Source: an uncultured Candidatus Saccharibacteria bacterium (GTDB lineage Bacteria > Patescibacteriota > Saccharimonadia > Saccharimonadales > Saccharimonadaceae). Taken from it: a stretch of 64,000 nt of DNA. Below the pieces are notes generated by a model. That model was not told the DNA's origin, ran no database searches, and saw only the letters and a list, made by a program, of their open reading frames with translations. The stretch is taken from the NCBI GenBank assembly GCA_946186455.1, contig CAMHNK010000002.1:186-64185 (forward strand), in the 5' to 3' direction. Made by a program: the position numbers and the translations under genes. Below are positions 59,102 to 64,000 of the stretch, piece by piece; the first letter of the stretch is position 1; every line of letters begins with the position of its first letter.

Positions 59102-62100
59102 TTAATACCTCGGAGCAAGTTCGTGTGTATATACTGCAGTAAGATTCCGATGTTTGTTGTCAGGATCAGCTTTTGCTCTTCCCCAAAGGATGGTTGACAC
59201 ATCATAATTTACAACTTCTGCCGGTACTTTAGAATTAACGCCAGTAGCCGCTCCATACGTACGATTAAGAAATAGTTTATTAGCCATAATCGAACCATTA
59301 ATCTTAAGTTGATGAGAATTAAGTCTAAGGTTAATATTTTCAGATACACAAGTATTTACATCCTCTTCCGCGATGATAATGGCATCGATTCTGCTTACCG
59401 CACAACCTATAGTGATATTTCTACCATAAATAATTAGCTTCTGAATATCCGACAAATTCGTAAATGCCATGTCTTGATAGGTAATATTTCCGGCTATTGT
59501 TATATCGCCAGTCGCGTTAACTATATGTGTTCTTCCCACGCTGATGGTACTGCTATTTAGCACAACATTACCTTTCACATTGTATCTCACGACGTTTTTA
59601 GGCGTCCCATTGTTAAATACAATCGTCGTATTTCCAGTATATTCATTTACTAGAGAGTCTTCGTTTGGCAATCTAGCGATGATGGAGTCTCTATTTATTG
59701 TAGCAACAGAAATACCAGAACTACCGGTCATTTGCGCACTTGGGCAAATTCCCGAAACAATACTATTTGAATAATTGCCAATCGAAAGTGGCACACGGTA
59801 TTTACAATAATCTGCATTTACCTCCAAACTTCCACCACCCGCGATATTATTAGCTAGCCCAGAAGCGGCACCAGATGCCAAAGCAATCACGCGACCTTTG
59901 GCCGTTATACTCTGTTCCACCCAAGAACTAAATACGAACGTTCCCGTAAATTTCGGTAGTCCACTTAATGTTTTCTTGTGCATGGCAGAAGTCGTAATTA
60001 CGCCACCAGAATAGGCACTCCCGCCCCACACTTGGAAAGTTGGACGCTTAGCAATAATATAACATTTAGAGTCCGAGATACGCCATCGATGGTTCCCTTC
60101 AGGATCGCTGAAATTCGTGTATTCACCACTATTGCTTGGATATGTTGCTACGGCAACACAAATCTTAGAACCGGCAGGAATGTCTGGGACGATATAGCTT
60201 AATTTGTATTTGTCACTACTACCATTTCTATTACCGCTAGCATTAAGTATCTGATTCTTTTCGTTATCATATTTACAAGTGCTTCCATTATTTGTGAGGC
60301 TATAATAACGACATAAGTCATCTGTTTTAGAACTGCCATAATTTGATGTTCCACCTTTTTCGCCACCAGAACTCGGGCGATAAATAATTAGTTTCGAAAT
60401 CGAATCTGGCACGATTGTAGCATACGCATCCTTTTCATCCCCGTTGGTAGTTTCTGGATTCACCCTTTTTTCGACATTAACGATATAACTGAATTCATCC
60501 TCTTCTCCAGAATAGAGGATTTGCTTATCTTCCGGAACAATTACCTCTACCTTAGTATCAAAATTATATGGCACTCTTGCTTCCGCAGCACTACTCTTAG
60601 TTGCAGTAATCACATTGGCATTGATATTACTACCAGACGCCGTGAATGTAACCTGGCTTGGCGTTGTCTTAGTTGTATTATTTAAATTAGTCTGAGCGGT
60701 TTCAACCAGTTTTTTACCGACCTTCGAGCTCACGACGGTATAATCATTGGTTTCTTTTCTTTTCAAAGTATTCCCGACACTATAAGAATAATTCTGCGAG
60801 AACGAAAAGTTCTCATTTGATCTAATCGAGAATGCATTTTTCCATGTATACGTATTCTTATTATCAAACAAACTATATAAATAATACCCATTATTGGTAA
60901 TAGTAGCTCCTCCATCTATTTGCATGGTCTGAGGAATTATCGAATAGCTATATTGCAAAATCGGATTATACGTACCACGGTAAGTCAAAATATCTCCGGG
61001 CTTTGCATATACTATTTTTTGGAACTTCTTATACTTATCTGCACCGGAATTATTTTTGACACGCATATCAAGAAATGCATTGCTTAAATCATCATCTTCC
61101 ATAACGGCAGAATCCGTCGGATCTGGTGGTTGTGCATTGCCGGTTGCCATTACACAGTATTTAATATCAGCCGCCGGCTTAACATCTATCACGTTATTTG
61201 AAGGCTTGAATGTTAATATCTCGCACACCATTTGTCCAGGAACCAAGGTAATATTATTATCATCAGCTTCTTTAACTCCGGTGTTATTTGGAAGATTAAT
61301 AAAATATTCCGTGACATTATTCTTCAAAACGCTATTTGAAACAACAGAATAATTCGATGTACGTTTAATCGTATAATCCGTAAACCCAATTCCGGATGTC
61401 CTACGAAGATAGTGCTGGAAATTTACGGTGCAAGGCTTAGCGTAAGTACAGGATGTTAAGATTTTGCTTTGCGAATCATTACTTGATTTCCAACCAGTGT
61501 CACCAGTAGCACCTCCAGAAACACCAATCCTCCCTTGGAAAGACGATTCTTTCGCTCGCGCACACGCCTCAGCAGCCGATATTTTATCATTCGAATAGCT
61601 ACCATAAGGTTGAAAGGCAATACTAAAACAATAAGTTTCTCCCGGATGCAATGTATCTGATGCATAATTACGATAAAAAGTATCGCCACTAGCATAATAA
61701 TATGATTGAATATCTAAGAGTGTTCCAGAAGTAGATGGAGAGAAAGGACTAAGTGGTGATGTTATTAAGTAAAAGAGCAGTCCATTTTTTCTGATTCGTC
61801 CGGTATAATAAGCTAGTCCAGAACCCTTTTCTCTCTTCATGGCTAGATCGAACGAACCACGACATCCATCGTTCGGACATTCCATGTCTATAGAAACAGT
61901 TCTATCGTATTCAACATATCCGGTGCTCGCATTATTCGCGCTACCTGTTCCTTCTCCCTCAAAAACTCGCGCCCGTCCAGAAAATTCATCTCTTTCATAA
62001 ACCGCATATATAGTAGTATCTGATTCTATATACCCAGCATCATAACACAAACTAGTATCATCCCACCAAGTGTAAGACGAAGTACTTCTACCCCACTTAA

Positions 62101-62758
62101 TCTTTGTATAGCCATTTGCTGTTCCTATACATGCTTGTGCCCTACCACCAGGGTCCACCTCAACCGTAGCGTCTGGAATTATGGAAGATAGCGACCATCC
62201 ATTCGTATCAATAGCCTTAATCGTAAGAGTATTCGATACTCGCTCTTCAACTGTGATTTCAATATCATCTAGAAAATCGCCCCAACCATCTTCGCGCGGC
62301 CAGTCGGACCCCCACCAATCATAGTGATCTACTTCAACCCATAGAGACCAAACTTCGTAGTTACCTCTCCTAGTAGAATAACCATAGCGCTTAATATCGT
62401 CTTTTGAAATAGAGAAATTATAAACATTGTATTTTGGGCTATAATCCTGTAGCTCTTGTGACCACGACACTCTATTACCAAGGAAGAAATCCTGGCTGCC
62501 TCGATAATCTGAAGTAATTCTTGTGTACAAAGGAACTACTTCTGTCCAATTCGGATTAGTATTATATGTGATACCTGCATAGATATTCACGGAGCAATCA
62601 TATTTTGTGCTTCGCTCTTTACAACTCAAATCTCCATCAACCCACCCCTCAAGCGAATAAGCATTCACGTTATTAGCGAGAAAGAAAAGCCCAAACAACA
62701 ATGAACCTGTCAGTCCAAACAGAAACATGAATAGTTTGTTGAAGATATTAACCTTCAT
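59102..62758 (-). CDS. large secreted Cys-stapled surface protein / putative adhesin (about 1218 aa)
   Basis: Signal peptide; repeated modules; C-terminal P.FQVWGG..RTYGA..PAE..ELAPRY; start 62758 (GGAG SD) preferred over 62803. Confidence 0.75.
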   Translation of the reverse strand: MKVNIFNKLFMFLFGLTGSLLFGLFFLANNVNAYSLEGWVDGDLSCKERSTKYDCSVNIYAGITYNTNPNWTEVVPLYTRITSDYRGSQDFFLGNRVSWSQELQDYSPKYNVYNFSISKDDIKRYGYSTRRGNYEVWSLWVEVDHYDWWGSDWPREDGWGDFLDDIEITVEERVSNTLTIKAIDTNGWSLSSIIPDATVEVDPGGRAQACIGTANGYTKIKWGRSTSSYTWWDDTSLCYDAGYIESDTTIYAVYERDEFSGRARVFEGEGTGSANNASTGYVEYDRTVSIDMECPNDGCRGSFDLAMKREKGSGLAYYTGRIRKNGLLFYLITSPLSPFSPSTSGTLLDIQSYYYASGDTFYRNYASDTLHPGETYCFSIAFQPYGSYSNDKISAAEACARAKESSFQGRIGVSGGATGDTGWKSSNDSQSKILTSCTYAKPCTVNFQHYLRRTSGIGFTDYTIKRTSNYSVVSNSVLKNNVTEYFINLPNNTGVKEADDNNITLVPGQMVCEILTFKPSNNVIDVKPAADIKYCVMATGNAQPPDPTDSAVMEDDDLSNAFLDMRVKNNSGADKYKKFQKIVYAKPGDILTYRGTYNPILQYSYSIIPQTMQIDGGATITNNGYYLYSLFDNKNTYTWKNAFSIRSNENFSFSQNYSYSVGNTLKRKETNDYTVVSSKVGKKLVETAQTNLNNTTKTTPSQVTFTASGSNINANVITATKSSAAEARVPYNFDTKVEVIVPEDKQILYSGEEDEFSYIVNVEKRVNPETTNGDEKDAYATIVPDSISKLIIYRPSSGGEKGGTSNYGSSKTDDLCRYYSLTNNGSTCKYDNEKNQILNASGNRNGSSDKYKLSYIVPDIPAGSKICVAVATYPSNSGEYTNFSDPEGNHRWRISDSKCYIIAKRPTFQVWGGSAYSGGVITTSAMHKKTLSGLPKFTGTFVFSSWVEQSITAKGRVIALASGAASGLANNIAGGGSLEVNADYCKYRVPLSIGNYSNSIVSGICPSAQMTGSSGISVATINRDSIIARLPNEDSLVNEYTGNTTIVFNNGTPKNVVRYNVKGNVVLNSSTISVGRTHIVNATGDITIAGNITYQDMAFTNLSDIQKLIIYGRNITIGCAVSRIDAIIIAEEDVNTCVSENINLRLNSHQLKINGSIMANKLFLNRTYGAATGVNSKVPAEVVNYDVSTILWGRAKADPDNKHRNLTAVYTHELAPRY

Positions 62759-63188
62759 CTTCGCTCCAGTGCACTTTAGACCTACCCTCTTTCCCTGATT
62801 CACCTGAATCGTTCTTTTCTACGCAAGAAGACATAATACTAGCCGTCAGCTGCTTCATTTCGCCAGATTGATCTAACTCATTTGCGAGATTAAGGTCACG
62901 CTCAATCATTTCGCATAAGTCAACATCGGTTTCAAGCATATATTTCTTTAATTCATACGCTCGATCAATATAAAGGTTCATTCTTGCTACGTCGTCAGTA
63001 GATTTATCATCTATTTTGGTTTGATATCGTGACACGATTTGTTCGACTTCAGACTTTTTTTCAGGAACTATCTCCTGTTTTTTTATAAAATGGACGGCAA
63101 CTATTACACCCGCGAGACTAATGCCTAAAAGAACCAAAAAGCAAAATGCAATTTTGAGAACACGTCCCTGGGTGTTATTATGCTCCAT
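62748..63188 (-). CDS. single-pass membrane protein with helical (TPR-like) domain
   Basis: 146 aa; TM; overlaps start of the large secreted protein gene. Confidence 0.7.
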   Translation of the reverse strand: MEHNNTQGRVLKIAFCFLVLLGISLAGVIVAVHFIKKQEIVPEKKSEVEQIVSRYQTKIDDKSTDDVARMNLYIDRAYELKKYMLETDVDLCEMIERDLNLANELDQSGEMKQLTASIMSSCVEKNDSGESGKEGRSKVHWSEDEG

Positions 63189-63287
63189 AATCTATATTAT
63201 ACATAAGTTTTTTTGAAAAAAACATAACAATTATTTAACTACACAGAAAGCAATAAAAAAAAATACTAATATACATGCAATAAAAAA

Positions 63288-63364
63288 TGGTGCGAATGAA
63301 GAGACTCTAACTCTCGACCTCTTCCTTGGCAAGGAAGCGCTCTAAACAACTGAGCTACATTCGC
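63288..63364 (-). tRNA. tRNA-Gly(GCC) with non-canonical U19/A56
   Basis: Acceptor GCGAATG/CATTCGC; anticodon arm CTTCC-ttGCCaa-GGAAG; T-loop TTAGAGT; D-loop AGTTGTTTA; CCA. Confidence 0.9.
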
Positions 63365-63484
63365 ACGTTTAATCTATTATAACACATATTTTTAAACTAA
63401 TAAAGATTTTCTTTGACAAATTCAAACTTATCTGCTAAAATCATAAACATAATAAAGCAAAAATAAACAGGCAAACAATAATAA

Positions 63485-64000
63485 ATGGAAATGTTTCTAC
63501 AAATAGTGATGTTGGTTGCTGGCTTCGTACTTTTGATTAAAGGTGCGGACTGGCTAATCTCCGGTGCATCTTCCGTCGCACAAAATTTCAAAGTTTCAAA
63601 AATGCTAATTGGTCTTACAATTATCGCATTCGGCACCGGTGCTCCAGAGCTTGCAGTTTCCATTTCTTCTATGATTAGTGGCAACACCGATGTTCTCCTC
63701 GGCAACGTTGTCGGTAGTAACATCGTAAACGTCATGCTTCTTCTTGGTGTTGGTGCCGCTATTGCACCAATCATTGTCAAAAGAAACACTGTCAAAAAAG
63801 AATTACCGATTTTGCTTCTTATTTCCACCATACTTGTTGTTCTGTTCCTTGATACATCGCTAAACGACGCTACGGTTAGCAAAATCTCTCGTGCCGATGC
63901 CATTGTCTGTATTCTATTATTTGGCGTCTTTATTTATTACCTTGTCGCCATGGCGAAAAAGAAGAAAAACGGCAAAAACGAAGTTGAAAAACCAAAATGG
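63485..64000 (+). CDS. calcium/sodium antiporter YrbG family (partial, runs off window)
   Basis: Manual translation MEMFLQIVMLVAGFVLLIKGADWL..IGLTIIAFGT.APEL..GNVVGSNI.N. Confidence 0.92.
   Translation, partial: MEMFLQIVMLVAGFVLLIKGADWLISGASSVAQNFKVSKMLIGLTIIAFGTGAPELAVSISSMISGNTDVLLGNVVGSNIVNVMLLLGVGAAIAPIIVKRNTVKKELPILLLISTILVVLFLDTSLNDATVSKISRADAIVCILLFGVFIYYLVAMAKKKKNGKNEVEKPKW

Noticed and set aside
63397-63903. 168-aa minus-strand ORF
   Set aside because: Antisense to the partial Ca/Na antiporter on the plus strand

Overview
Chromosomal window of a small-genome bacterium, most likely Candidatus Saccharibacteria (Patescibacteria/CPR). This assignment is inferred from gene content and order, the HTH-MurA fusion and lineage-typical secreted proteins; standard code 11 is used. 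Most of it is housekeeping: start of the rplC-rplD-rplW-rplB operon without rpsJ, prfB, dus, murD, secA, hpf, serS, rsmA, hisS, murI, rarA, glyQS, ppa, recO, xseAB, rpmA, tyrS, rnhA, pcrA, murA, pgk, pyk, ligA, htpX, lemA and five tRNAs. Points of interest: (1) a coupled three-gene operon with a dockerin-bearing papain-like protease, a small module+dockerin 'adaptor' and a membrane-anchored Pro-Thr-linker protein carrying the same module, a candidate cellulosome-like surface display system; (2) two tandem bifunctional cell-wall hydrolase/membrane-partner pairs sharing an N-terminal NNILFYDPYGS motif; (3) more than 20 genes with a -10 box 6-7 nt before ATG, implying pervasive leaderless mRNAs; (4) three candidate structured cis-regulatory RNAs; (5) a GC-rich palindromic element inserted in-frame into two genes, with related hairpins beside tRNAs; (6) a tRNA-Gly with a U19-A56 elbow swap and an Erm(37)-like truncated methyltransferase. 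No CRISPR array, rRNA, transposase or prophage was seen. All calls are by eye; no searches or folding programs were run.
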